A stretch of DNA of 64,000 bases from an uncultured delta proteobacterium (GCA_963790475.1 CAWBOS010000013.1:288001-352000); one strand, 5' to 3'. Counted from the first letter of the stretch, positions 41,083 through 54,960 are shown. The notes: generated by a model not told the origin, from the letters alone. Program-made: numbers and translations.

Positions 41083-41111
41083 TGCAGATGAACGCCACCC
41101 CACCCTATCAC

Positions 41112-41168
41112 CCCCCCCACGGCGGCTATCAGAACTCACAGTCCTACCAGATGGCCGAGATTGTTTAT
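41112..41168 (+). pseudogene. 5' fragment of a four-helix-bundle gene
   Basis: PPHGGYQNSQSYQMAEIVY vs PPHGGYQDLQSYQMSEIAY (42074-42130): 15/19 identical. Confidence 0.8.
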
Positions 41169-41182
41169 AAGGAGATCAGGGA

Positions 41183-42016
41183 ATGGAAACAAACATAGCC
41201 GTTTTTAGAGGTAAGGAAATCAGGAAGACGCTTCATAAGAATGAATGGTGGTTTTCCGTTTCCGATGTGGTTGCCGCGTTAACGGATAGCGCAGATCCAA
41301 AGCAATATATAAAGAAAATGAGACAGCGCGATCCGGAACTTAGCTCCTACTGGGGTACAATTTGTACCCCCCTTGAAATTACTGCCCTAGACGGAAAAAT
41401 GAGGGAGACAAATTGTGCCAATACCGAAGGTATCTTCCGAATTATTCAGTCCATCCCCTCCCCCAAGGCGGAGCCTTTCAAACGCTGGCTGGCCAAGGTG
41501 GGCTATGAGCGGGTGCAGGAAATAGAAGACCCGGAACTGGGGACTAAGAGGACCCGGGCCTTATACAAGGCCAAGGGCTATTCTGATGACTGGATCGAGA
41601 AACGGATGCGGGGTATTGCCATCCGGGAAGAGCTTACGGATGAGTGGAAAAAGAGGGAAGTGGGGCAAGAAAAAGAATACGCCATCCTGACCTCTGAGAT
41701 CGCTAAGGCCGCTTTCGGAGTAACACCGGGAGAACATAAGAAAATAAAGGGACTAAAACGGGAGAATCTCAGAGACCACATGAATGATCTCGAATTGATT
41801 TTCTCCATGTTAGGTGAAGCGGCCACGACGGAGATAACACGGGTTGATGATGCCAAAGGATTTCAGGAAAGCAAGCGAGCCGCCCGCAAGGGCGGGGGGG
41901 TGGCCGGGAAGGCCAGAGAAGACCTGGAGCGAAAAACCCTTAAAAAAGTAGTTTCATCAGAGAACTATCTGAGTATTCCGCAGAAAAGACAAAAGCAGTT
42001 AAAAGAAAAGGGATAA
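41183..42016 (+). CDS. Bro-N domain DNA-binding (antirepressor-like) protein
   Basis: F.GKEIRK....EWWFSVSDVV..LTDS, RIIQSIPSPKAEPFKRWLA.VG.ER, ENLRDHM. Confidence 0.88.
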   Translation: METNIAVFRGKEIRKTLHKNEWWFSVSDVVAALTDSADPKQYIKKMRQRDPELSSYWGTICTPLEITALDGKMRETNCANTEGIFRIIQSIPSPKAEPFKRWLAKVGYERVQEIEDPELGTKRTRALYKAKGYSDDWIEKRMRGIAIREELTDEWKKREVGQEKEYAILTSEIAKAAFGVTPGEHKKIKGLKRENLRDHMNDLELIFSMLGEAATTEITRVDDAKGFQESKRAARKGGGVAGKAREDLERKTLKKVVSSENYLSIPQKRQKQLKEKG

Positions 42017-42025
42017 GGGGCCGTA

Positions 42026-42613
42026 ATGGATCGTCCTAATAACAAGCAAGGCGAACAGGCATCTAAGCTCATCCCGCCTCATGGCGGCTATCAGGACCTG
42101 CAGTCTTATCAGATGTCCGAGATTGCCTATGACGCCACCGTGGTGTTTTGCGACCGGTTTATCAGTCCCCGCTCGCGCACCCATGACCAGATGGTCCAGG
42201 CGGCCAGGAGCGGCAAGCAGAATATTGCCGAGGGCAGTATGGCCTCCGGCACCTCCAAGAAAACCGAACTCAAACTCATCGGCGTGGCCCGGGCCAGTTT
42301 GGAAGAATTGCTGCTTGATTTCAAGGACTTTTTGCGCCAGAAGGGGCTGCCCCTTTGGGGGAAGGATCACCCCAAAGCCAAAGAGGTTAGAGGGTTGTGC
42401 TACCGAAAAGATAGGTCTTATGAGACCTATAGGACCTATATTGAAAACCAAAGCCCGGAGGTGGCCGCCAACACCATGATTTGCCTGATCCACCAGACCA
42501 ACTATCTTTTGGACCAGCAACTGCGGGCCTTGGAAAAAGAGTTTGTTGAAGAGGGCGGTTTCACAGAGAGACTTTATCGCCTGCGCTCGCAGGCGCGGGA
42601 AAGAAAGAAATAG
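42026..42613 (+). CDS. Four-helix-bundle protein (23S IVP/Avd-like fold) with C-terminal suffix domain
   Basis: DQMVQAARSGKQNIAEGS, ELKL..VARASLEELL.D, LLDQQLRALE.EF..EGGFTERLY. Confidence 0.85.
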   Translation: MDRPNNKQGEQASKLIPPHGGYQDLQSYQMSEIAYDATVVFCDRFISPRSRTHDQMVQAARSGKQNIAEGSMASGTSKKTELKLIGVARASLEELLLDFKDFLRQKGLPLWGKDHPKAKEVRGLCYRKDRSYETYRTYIENQSPEVAANTMICLIHQTNYLLDQQLRALEKEFVEEGGFTERLYRLRSQARERKK

Positions 42614-42634
42614 TCGTGAAAGAATAGGACTTAT

Positions 42635-43285
42635 ATGACTGATAGGACCTATACTCACACTGAGGAAGATTTGATCATGCTGTCCGCATTGCAGCATTAT
42701 GCTTTTTGTCCCCGGCAGTGTGCGCTGATTCATGTGGAGCAGGTTTGGGTGGAGAGCGGTCTGACCGCCCAGGGCCGGATTATGCACGAGAAGGTTCACC
42801 AGGAAGGCAATGAAACTCGTGGCCCGGTGAAGATTGCCCGAGGGGTGCCGCTCCGGAGCTTGAGACTGGAGCTGGTGGGTGTTGCCGATGTGATTGAATT
42901 CCACAAGATGAACAAAGGGGCCTGGCAGCCCTTTCCGGTGGAATACAAGCGAGGGAAGCCAAAAGCCGACCATTGCGACCTGATCCAACTTTGTGCCCAG
43001 GCTATTTGCCTGGAAGAAATGCTGGCCGTTGCGGTTCCCTGTGGGGCCTTGTTCTATGGCCGGACCCGCAGGCGTCTGGATGTGACCTTCGATGACGATC
43101 TTCGCCATGAAACGGAAGAGACGGCACGAAAGGCCCATGAACTGATCGCTTCCGGAATAACCCCGCCGCCGGTTTATGAAAAGCGCTGTGAAAGTTGTTC
43201 CCTGATCGGAGAGTGTCTACCGAAAAAAATTCAAAAGAAGGTTTCGGTGAAAAGTTATTTAACCCGCATGATGGACTCGCCATGA
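42635..43285 (+). CDS. cas4: Cas4 exonuclease
   Basis: SALQHYAFCPRQCALIH, G.ADVIEF, PVEYKRG, QLCAQAICLEEM, C.SCSL...C. Confidence 0.96.
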   Translation: MTDRTYTHTEEDLIMLSALQHYAFCPRQCALIHVEQVWVESGLTAQGRIMHEKVHQEGNETRGPVKIARGVPLRSLRLELVGVADVIEFHKMNKGAWQPFPVEYKRGKPKADHCDLIQLCAQAICLEEMLAVAVPCGALFYGRTRRRLDVTFDDDLRHETEETARKAHELIASGITPPPVYEKRCESCSLIGECLPKKIQKKVSVKSYLTRMMDSP

Positions 43286-44313
43286 AAAAACATCTCAATA
43301 CCCTTTATGTGACCACCCAAGGGTCCTACCTTTCCAAAGAGGGCGAGACCGTCGTCGTTAAAGTTGAGGGGGAAGTCCGTCTCCGCCTGCCGGTCCACAC
43401 CATCGGCGGCATTGTCTGTTTTGGGAATGTCTTGTGCAGTCCTTTTTTGATGGGATTTTGCGCAGAGAACCAGGTGGGCTTAAGTTTCTTGTCTGAACAC
43501 GGCCGGTTTCTGGCCAAAGTTCAGGGGCCGGTTTCCGGAAATGTCCTGCTTCGACGGGAACAATACCGTCGGGCCGACGATATGAAATTCTCAGCCGAGG
43601 TCGCCGGTTTCATTCTAACCGGAAAGATCACCAATTGCCGAACGGTGCTGCAAAGGGTTATCCGGGACCATGCCGAAAAGATTATGGAACAGGAGGTTCG
43701 CAATGCCGTCACCAAGCTGAACCACCAGCTTGATTTTTTTAATAAGGATTTGCCGCTGGATGTTTTGCGGGGGATCGAGGGCGATGCCGCCCATACCTAT
43801 TTTACTGTCTTTGATCATCTGATTTTGGCGCAGAAAGAAACTTTTCGATTCGATGAAAGAAACAGGCGGCCACCGCTGGATAATGTCAACTGCCTTTTGT
43901 CTTTTATTTATACGCTTCTGATGCATGATGTCCGGTCCGCTTTGGAAACAGTAGGCCTCGATCCGTCTGTCGGATTTCTTCACCGGGATCGACCCGGAAG
44001 ACCTGGGCTGGCTCTGGACCTGATGGAAGAATTCAGGCCTTTTATTGCCGACCGTTTGGTTTTGTCTTTGATCAACCTGCAGCAGGTTCGGGATAAGGGA
44101 TTTCAGAAGATGGAATCCGGTGCAGTCCTTATGGACGATGATACCCGGAAAACAGTTCTGGTTGCTTACCAGGAGAGGAAGCAGGAAGAAATATTCCATC
44201 CTTTTCTGGATGAGAAGGTAATGATCGGCATATTGTTTCACATCCAGGCCCTGCTGATGGCCCGGTATCTGCGTGGAGACCTGGATGGGTATCCACCTTT
44301 CATTTGGAAATAA
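43282..44313 (+). CDS. cas1: Type I-C Cas1
   Basis: LNTLYVTTQG, SGNVLLRREQY, LRGIEG, RRPPLD.VN..LSF, LALDLMEEFRP, YPPFIWK. Confidence 0.97.
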   Translation: MKKHLNTLYVTTQGSYLSKEGETVVVKVEGEVRLRLPVHTIGGIVCFGNVLCSPFLMGFCAENQVGLSFLSEHGRFLAKVQGPVSGNVLLRREQYRRADDMKFSAEVAGFILTGKITNCRTVLQRVIRDHAEKIMEQEVRNAVTKLNHQLDFFNKDLPLDVLRGIEGDAAHTYFTVFDHLILAQKETFRFDERNRRPPLDNVNCLLSFIYTLLMHDVRSALETVGLDPSVGFLHRDRPGRPGLALDLMEEFRPFIADRLVLSLINLQQVRDKGFQKMESGAVLMDDDTRKTVLVAYQERKQEEIFHPFLDEKVMIGILFHIQALLMARYLRGDLDGYPPFIWK

Positions 44314-44325
44314 GGAGGCCTCTCG

Positions 44326-44616
44326 ATGTTTGTTTTGGTCAGCTACGATGTTTCAACCATTGATCCCGGTGGGCCGCGCCGTTTGAATCAGGTAGCCAAG
44401 GCCTGTAAGGATTATGGCCAGCGGGTGCAATACTCTGTTTTCGAATGCCTTGTGGACCCGGCCAAGTGGGCAGTTTTGAGGCAACGGCTTATTGATATTA
44501 TCGATCATAAGGTGGATAGCCTGCGTTTTTATTATCTGGGGGCCAATTGGCGCAGGCGGGTTGAACATGTGGGCGCGAAAAAAGGGATTGACCAGGAAGG
44601 GCCTCTGATCGTTTAA
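44326..44616 (+). CDS. cas2: Cas2
   Basis: VLVSYDVS, CKDYGQRVQYSVFEC, DSLRFYYLG. Confidence 0.97.
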   Translation: MFVLVSYDVSTIDPGGPRRLNQVAKACKDYGQRVQYSVFECLVDPAKWAVLRQRLIDIIDHKVDSLRFYYLGANWRRRVEHVGAKKGIDQEGPLIV

Positions 44617-44801
44617 GAAGGATTTGCGAACCTGAAGGGGACATGATTTACCGGGGAGGTTCGCATTGGAGTTAATTGTTTGAACTAATTATATTTTTTG
44701 AATATGTTCTTTGATAATTGAATAAAGGTAGTTGTAAATTTGGCAAGGTGCGCAAAAATCATAATATTTTTTGTTTATTAATAAATGTTTACAAGTTGTA
44801 T
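44617..44801 (+). promoter_or_regulatory. CRISPR leader
   Basis: AT-rich, between cas2 and first repeat; motifs TGCGAACCT (44625), AGGTTCGCA (44657), AGGTGCGCA (44746) of the kind seen in I-C leaders. Confidence 0.85.
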
Positions 44802-49458
<4,657 letters not shown>

Positions 49459-49529
49459 AAATGTCGGGAAAGGAGTAACCCTATGAAGATTTCCTTGAAA
49501 AAAAAGAGGAACTAAAAGCCGGGCTAAGG

Positions 49530-49805
49530 ATGAAGTTAAAAGCCGAGAATAACCAAATTATAATCTATGATCCGATTACTCAAAATTTTAAGACTATTGA
49601 GTATTCTCTCATAGATAAAAAGGAAGGGATTTTCTTTGACAACCCCTTGGTTTTTGACATTGATATTAGAAAACCGAAAGAGTTTCCAATTATTGATCGG
49701 GAAAGGAAAATGATAACCGTCTATTCCAGAAGACAACGAATATTGACCACCTTCACTCTTCCCGATAAATACTTTGACTTGCCGGAATATACTTGGAATG
49801 CATAG
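49530..49805 (+). CDS. Small AT-rich hypothetical protein; true start may be ATG 49483 across an A8 tract
   Basis: 91-aa ORF; AGGAG at 49471 precedes ATG 49483, which becomes in-frame if A8 (49498-49505) were A9. Confidence 0.45.
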   Translation: MKLKAENNQIIIYDPITQNFKTIEYSLIDKKEGIFFDNPLVFDIDIRKPKEFPIIDRERKMITVYSRRQRILTTFTLPDKYFDLPEYTWNA

Positions 49806-49944
49806 GTAATAAAAGGGACGTCCCCTTTAATTACCCCTTAAAAGTTGACCAAGTGATGCGCTGGAAAAGCGATGTATAGTTTAACAAAATAGGGACCTGC
49901 CACCGCCTAAGTAGAGACAGGCCCTCCCAAAATTCCAAAACTTT

Positions 49945-50286
49945 CTATTGCTTTTCTCCGGTGAAGACGCCCTTCCCGTATGTTCCAAAGACAACAGTGC
50001 CGCTGACCTTATTGCCCTCAATCTTTCCTTGATAGGTTATCTCAAGCCCTTTATTATTGAATGTGTATATGAAATCTTTCCCTAGTATTTTTCCGGTAAC
50101 TTTATCCGTTTGGTAGTTTCCGGTAATTTGCTCACCATCCTGTTGTAAGACAAAAGTTGGATTTCCTTTGTAGCCAGCCGAATCAACCGACATAACCCAG
50201 GTTCCGGTCAAACTATCTCCAGCCTGAGCGACCACGGCCCTCGCAGCTAACCCAAAAACCACAAAAAGCATCAGGCCTGACCTCAT
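49945..50286 (-). CDS. Small exported beta-rich hypothetical protein
   Basis: Signal peptide then LTGTW...LQQDGEQITG.Y, Y.GKIEGNKVSG. Confidence 0.7.
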   Translation of the reverse strand: MRSGLMLFVVFGLAARAVVAQAGDSLTGTWVMSVDSAGYKGNPTFVLQQDGEQITGNYQTDKVTGKILGKDFIYTFNNKGLEITYQGKIEGNKVSGTVVFGTYGKGVFTGEKQ

Positions 50287-50303
50287 CCCCTACAGCATGC
50301 TTA

Positions 50304-51074
50304 TCAGGCCAGTAAACCCCCATCCATAACCAGGGTATGTCCGGTAATATAACTGGAGGCGTCCGAGACTAAAAAGAGGACCGGCCCCAGCACCTCCTCC
50401 ACCCCGGCCAATCGACGTAAGGGATAACTTTTCTCGGCCTTTTTCCGGGTTTCCGGGTCCATCCTCTCCCGGACCTTCTCGGTCAGGGCCTGGGAGGGGG
50501 CGAGGGCGTTGACCCGGATATTATACTTACCCAGATCCCAGGCCAGATTTCGGGTCAGCATAATAATACCGGCCTTGGCAATGTTGTAGGAGCCTCTCTT
50601 GGTAAAGGCCTTCATTCCGGCGGCCGAGGCCATATTCAGGATATTCCCTTTCTTTCGTTCGATCATCCCTTTGACGGCAGCCTGGGAACACAAAAAAGCC
50701 GCTTTAAGATTGTTATCCATGACCATCTGCCAATCTTCTAATGAGGTTTCATGAAGCAGGGGAGAAAGGCCGGCCCGGCCCCCGGCGTTATTGACCAGGA
50801 TGTCAAGACCCCCCATTTCATTTTCGACCTGCCGGACGAGATCCTCGACTTCCGCCTTTTGAGTCAAATCCACCCGAACAGCCAGGGAACGGCGTCCAAG
50901 CCCCCGGATCGCTTCATATACGCCGGTCAAGTCGCCTTCTTCCTCAACTCGATCACAAACAGCCACATGGGCGCCCGCTTCGGCCAGAGCCAGGGCAATC
51001 GCCTTGCCCAATCCCCTTCTGCTCCCGGTCACCAGAGCGGTTTTTCCTTCTAACAACAGATTGGGTATGCTCAT
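50304..51074 (-). CDS. Short-chain dehydrogenase/reductase
   Basis: TGSRRGLG, DILVNNAG, YNIAK, IRVNALAP. Confidence 0.92.
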   Translation of the reverse strand: MSIPNLLLEGKTALVTGSRRGLGKAIALALAEAGAHVAVCDRVEEEGDLTGVYEAIRGLGRRSLAVRVDLTQKAEVEDLVRQVENEMGGLDILVNNAGGRAGLSPLLHETSLEDWQMVMDNNLKAAFLCSQAAVKGMIERKKGNILNMASAAGMKAFTKRGSYNIAKAGIIMLTRNLAWDLGKYNIRVNALAPSQALTEKVRERMDPETRKKAEKSYPLRRLAGVEEVLGPVLFLVSDASSYITGHTLVMDGGLLA

Positions 51075-51150
51075 TTTTTCCTCTCAACAATTAAATGGTT
51101 TTCGGTCAATTGGATAGTTCCCTCTTTGCCGCGGTTTTTCCCGATTTTAT

Positions 51151-51672
51151 TCAGAGCGATCCATCCAATTCATCGGCCACCGGCTTCTTACAGGATCGGC
51201 AGCGCTGGGCACCCCGGAAAAGAGGTTTCCCGCATGAAGGACAATGATAGCGTTCACATTCGGACCGGGCCCATTCGATGCTCCCTTTTTCAGCACCGTG
51301 TTCAGCGACGAAGGCCCGCCAAACGGGTAGGGTCCTTTTCATCACTCTCAGCCCGGTCGTCAACCCGAAATTCTCTATGAGATCGCAAGGCCACTCCTGA
51401 CATTGATGGCAGGAGTAATACCCCTTTCCTCTAACGCAATCCCTTATCTTGCAGGTTTTGCAGTACCCATAAAGTTTTTCCGGCGGATCGGGCTGCATAC
51501 AACCCAGGCATTCGGTTGTCTCCGGGGTTGTCCCATAGAGATTGGCCATAGTCGCCTTGAATTTCTCGTTCCCATCCCTGGTGGCGATATAAACGCCGCA
51601 CGCGCCACAGTACAATCCGCAAGGGGCCATTAATGACTTATTCCTGATTTCTTCTTCTTTCCATCCTTCCAT
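51151..51672 (-). CDS. DUF3795-like cysteine-rich protein
   Basis: APCGLYCGAC, CLGC, C.IRDC, C.QC..WPC, C-terminal CPSC/CRSC. Confidence 0.78.
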   Translation of the reverse strand: MEGWKEEEIRNKSLMAPCGLYCGACGVYIATRDGNEKFKATMANLYGTTPETTECLGCMQPDPPEKLYGYCKTCKIRDCVRGKGYYSCHQCQEWPCDLIENFGLTTGLRVMKRTLPVWRAFVAEHGAEKGSIEWARSECERYHCPSCGKPLFRGAQRCRSCKKPVADELDGSL

Positions 51673-51746
51673 GATTCACTCCTTGGATCAGGGCCATTCA
51701 TTTTTGGGTAATTCCAGATTTCTCTCTACCCCTCTCTTTTTCCCGG

Positions 51747-52586
51747 TCATTTTTCTTTCAGCAGCGCTTCGGCGGCCAGTTTATATTGTCTTCTTATCCA
51801 CTCGGCCTGGTCCCGGGTTTCGGTTTCTTCGGTTGGAAAAAAGTCGACCATTTTACTTTTTCGGGCCATCTCATCAATTGTGAGTCCTTGAGACCGGAAA
51901 TCCCTCACTTCAAACTCCAGTTCCTCAAAAAAAGTCAGATATTTTTCTACCATCCCTTTTACGCCCACCGGACCGTGTCCGGGGACCACCACATCGATTT
52001 CCATGGATAGCATTTTCTTGAGGGCTTCCTTCCATTTCCCAAAATGGGCCTGTCCCAAAAAGGGGAATTGCCCTTCCACATTATCTCCGGTAAACAGAAT
52101 CTTTTCCTCGGGGAGATAAATCATGATGGTGGCGGGCGAGTGCCCGCCTACAAACTCGAGGACGAAGGTAGCATCCCCCATATCCAGATTAAGCCCTTTA
52201 TCAAAGGTAATGTGCGGCGAAACAAAATCAAACCGGGCGAAATAGGACTCGTATCGGGGGATAACATCGGGGAAGGCGTCCTTGATGACTTGTTTGAGGG
52301 CCTGTTTATTTTTCAGGTAATCCATACCTTTGGCCGCCCTGGTATGACAGATCACATTCGGAGTCAAAAAACTGTTTCCCATGACATGGTCATAATGGTG
52401 ATCGGTATTGATCACGTAAGCCGCGTCCTTACCAGTCTGCTGTCTGGTGAGGCCGGCCCACTTTTTGCCGTCCTGGGGTAAAAAAGGACTGTCTATAAAA
52501 ACAAGCCCCCGTGAGGTGGCAATGCAACTGACATTGGCCCCTAAATAGTCGGTTTCAACCAGTATTCTTTTTTTAATGATCTGCAT
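51747..52586 (-). CDS. Metallo-beta-lactamase fold hydrolase (cyclase-like)
   Basis: NTDHHYDHVMGN, GGHSP, LFTGD, VPGHG. Confidence 0.88.
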   Translation of the reverse strand: MQIIKKRILVETDYLGANVSCIATSRGLVFIDSPFLPQDGKKWAGLTRQQTGKDAAYVINTDHHYDHVMGNSFLTPNVICHTRAAKGMDYLKNKQALKQVIKDAFPDVIPRYESYFARFDFVSPHITFDKGLNLDMGDATFVLEFVGGHSPATIMIYLPEEKILFTGDNVEGQFPFLGQAHFGKWKEALKKMLSMEIDVVVPGHGPVGVKGMVEKYLTFFEELEFEVRDFRSQGLTIDEMARKSKMVDFFPTEETETRDQAEWIRRQYKLAAEALLKEK

Positions 52587-52673
52587 GAGTCAACCTCTCT
52601 TTGAATGGTTTCCTAAAACAGGATAAATCTAAACCCGTTCCCTGATTTCTGCACTGGCCTTCAGCGTTGCCGC

Positions 52674-53666
52674 TTAGAGCTTAAGCACAATTTTCCCGAA
52701 ATGAGCGTTGGTAGTCATATACTGGTGCGCCTCCGTTGCCTGATCAAGGGAGAATACGCGATCAACCACAGCTTTCAACCGGCCGTCGTCCAGGGCGGGC
52801 AGCAGGTCGAGGATCATCGATCGGGCTATTTCGATTCTTTCAGTGAAAGTTCGGGTACGGAAGGTAACTCCGATAAGCTCCAGCCGTTTCAGGGCCAGCA
52901 GGTCCATGTTCAGCTGACCGATTTCTCCTCCCAGCCTGCCCACACTGACCAGGCGGCCTTTCAGGGCCGTGCACTTCAGGTTATCTTTTAAATGGGGTCC
53001 GCCGACGTGATCAATAATCAGGTCAACGCCTTTTCCCTCCGTGGCCGAGAGAACGGCTTCCTTAAAATTTTCCGTCCGGTAATTAATGCCCACATCCACA
53101 CCCAATGTCCTGAGGGCGGCCAGTTTGGCAGGTAATCCGGACAGGCCGATGACCGGTTTTGCCCCCCATAACCGGGCAATCTGTACCGCCGCGACTCCGA
53201 CACCCGATGAGGCCCCGTTGATCAACACCGCTTCCCCGGCTCGAAGACGACCGTTGGTGATCAGAGCGTTATGTTCGGTCATGTAGGAAACCGGAATAGT
53301 TGCCGCTTCTTCCCAGCTCAGCCTCTCCGGCACGGCCATGGCCAGGTGCTGATGTAGGATAGTGAATTCGGCATATCCGCCGGCACACATGCCCATCACC
53401 CGATCCCCTTTGGCAAACCCTGAAACGTCTTGGCCCAGATCCACCACGACACCGGCGGCTTCCCCCCCGACAATCTCCGGCAGTCCTTCGGCCGTTGTTG
53501 ATCCTGTCGTTACATAGGTGCCTTGTACCCGAAAAAGATCGGCCCGGTTTAAGGCCGTGGCCTTCACCTCAATCAAAAGTTCTTCCGGCCGGGGTTTAGG
53601 AATCGGAACCTCCTGCAGGGCCATGGCCCCGCCCTGTTCTTTTCTGATAATAACGACAGCTTTCAT
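52674..53666 (-). CDS. NAD(P)H:quinone oxidoreductase (zeta-crystallin/MDR family)
   Basis: ALNRADL, GGYAE, GASSGVG, HFGKIVL. Confidence 0.9.
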   Translation of the reverse strand: MKAVVIIRKEQGGAMALQEVPIPKPRPEELLIEVKATALNRADLFRVQGTYVTTGSTTAEGLPEIVGGEAAGVVVDLGQDVSGFAKGDRVMGMCAGGYAEFTILHQHLAMAVPERLSWEEAATIPVSYMTEHNALITNGRLRAGEAVLINGASSGVGVAAVQIARLWGAKPVIGLSGLPAKLAALRTLGVDVGINYRTENFKEAVLSATEGKGVDLIIDHVGGPHLKDNLKCTALKGRLVSVGRLGGEIGQLNMDLLALKRLELIGVTFRTRTFTERIEIARSMILDLLPALDDGRLKAVVDRVFSLDQATEAHQYMTTNAHFGKIVLKL

Positions 53667-53712
53667 AGGTATCTCCCGAGTTTTTACCAGGGTGTTAAAC
53701 CTGAATTGATTT

Positions 53713-54960
53713 TCATATTCGGGTCAATGGCGGCGGAAACCAGGTCGCCTCAACGACATCACGCCGGCCTTCATAGATACGAAGCCCAAGCATATAGGGA
53801 CCGGCGGGTGCCGGGAGCCAATTTGAAATGTCGGCAGGGGGTTCACCGCCGAAAGTAATCGTAAGTCCATCGTGGTCACGAAGCAGGCCCGGGCTACGGT
53901 TTCCGATGCTATAGCGATTGAGAGGATTATCATAAAAAAACATGTCGGGTCCATAGACCGTGAGGGACCAGAAGGCCTTGGCGGGCGGTTCTTCTCCCGG
54001 AGGAAAACGTAAGGTAAGGCGGCGGCTTCCGTTCAGCGGTTCTCCCGCATTGTCATGCCGGGCGGAGTAGCTGCTGTTCTCCTGGCGGTGGTGTCCTGCT
54101 AAAGTGAACCGGGCGCAGGCGGCTCGGGCCAGGACGTCCTGACCGAACTGAGTGCCTTTTGAACGGGTACCCCAACCATTCCGGAAACGGTCAGCCCCGA
54201 AACCGACTGCCCGGATGCGTTCGTCTCCGACCGTGACCCCGGCGGCCAGAACTTCAGGATCGGCACCGGTTTCAAGCAGCCCTTGTTGTTCGGTGGTGAG
54301 CTTCGGATGCCAGGCCGCAGGAGGGTCAACTGACAAGGCTTCACGCAGCTCATCAAAGAACAATGCTCCCGCCGAAGACACCTCATTCGGTCGGCCCGGC
54401 GGCGGTGGTGTAGGGTTTGACGGGTGGTCTGGCGGAGCGGTCACCTTGATGCCTTCCTGCACCGCCCGAGCCCGGACCAGATCATCAGGGCCGTCAACCA
54501 GCGTTCGAACGAGCACCCACACGGTGGGTGTTCCGATGGCAATCGTGTCGGCACGTCGGGTGTGGTCGTGTTCTACCCTTGGGTCGTAGGTGAGCCGGAC
54601 CGAGGCCCCATCCACTCCGTACTGGCGCCGGCTGACATAGGTCACATGGGTAAAGGCATCAAGCAGCATTACCGACCAGTACCGATCGGGATGATCCATC
54701 GGCGGTATGTCGAGCTGCAAGTCGCCCCATCGCAGATCATACCAGCCCGAAGAATACAGCGTGTCGTTGTTCGGTCCGACTACGGTCCGATCTCCGGCTG
54801 TCGCCAGTTCCCGGCGATGACGAAGAATACCCTGACCGCCTCGACCGCAGTGAAGGGCACGGGTCCGGTGCATGACCACCAGGGGGTGTCCCCAGACAAA
54901 AAGGCCGGCCGCAAGTTCGGACAAAGGATCCAATTCCTTTTCGATCTTATTGATGTTCAT
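53713..54960 (-). CDS. DUF1254/DUF1214 domain protein
   Basis: VVGPNNDTLYSSGW.DL, RYWSVMLLD, FWSLTVY, NRYSIG, NWLPAP, LRIY. Confidence 0.85.
   Translation of the reverse strand: MNINKIEKELDPLSELAAGLFVWGHPLVVMHRTRALHCGRGGQGILRHRRELATAGDRTVVGPNNDTLYSSGWYDLRWGDLQLDIPPMDHPDRYWSVMLLDAFTHVTYVSRRQYGVDGASVRLTYDPRVEHDHTRRADTIAIGTPTVWVLVRTLVDGPDDLVRARAVQEGIKVTAPPDHPSNPTPPPPGRPNEVSSAGALFFDELREALSVDPPAAWHPKLTTEQQGLLETGADPEVLAAGVTVGDERIRAVGFGADRFRNGWGTRSKGTQFGQDVLARAACARFTLAGHHRQENSSYSARHDNAGEPLNGSRRLTLRFPPGEEPPAKAFWSLTVYGPDMFFYDNPLNRYSIGNRSPGLLRDHDGLTITFGGEPPADISNWLPAPAGPYMLGLRIYEGRRDVVEATWFPPPLTRI

Noticed and set aside
42026-42613. Diversity-generating retroelement suggested by the Avd-like fold
   Set aside because: No reverse transcriptase and no TR/VR pair; differences between 41112-41168 and 42074-42130 are not adenine-specific.
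41999-43138. 379-aa minus-strand ORF across the four-helix-bundle gene and cas4
   Set aside because: Antisense to two well-supported genes; no recognisable domain.
30819-44616. CRISPR-associated transposon (transposase next to cas genes)
   Set aside because: The IS is self-contained with its own target duplication; no TnsC/TniQ; Cas3 is intact.
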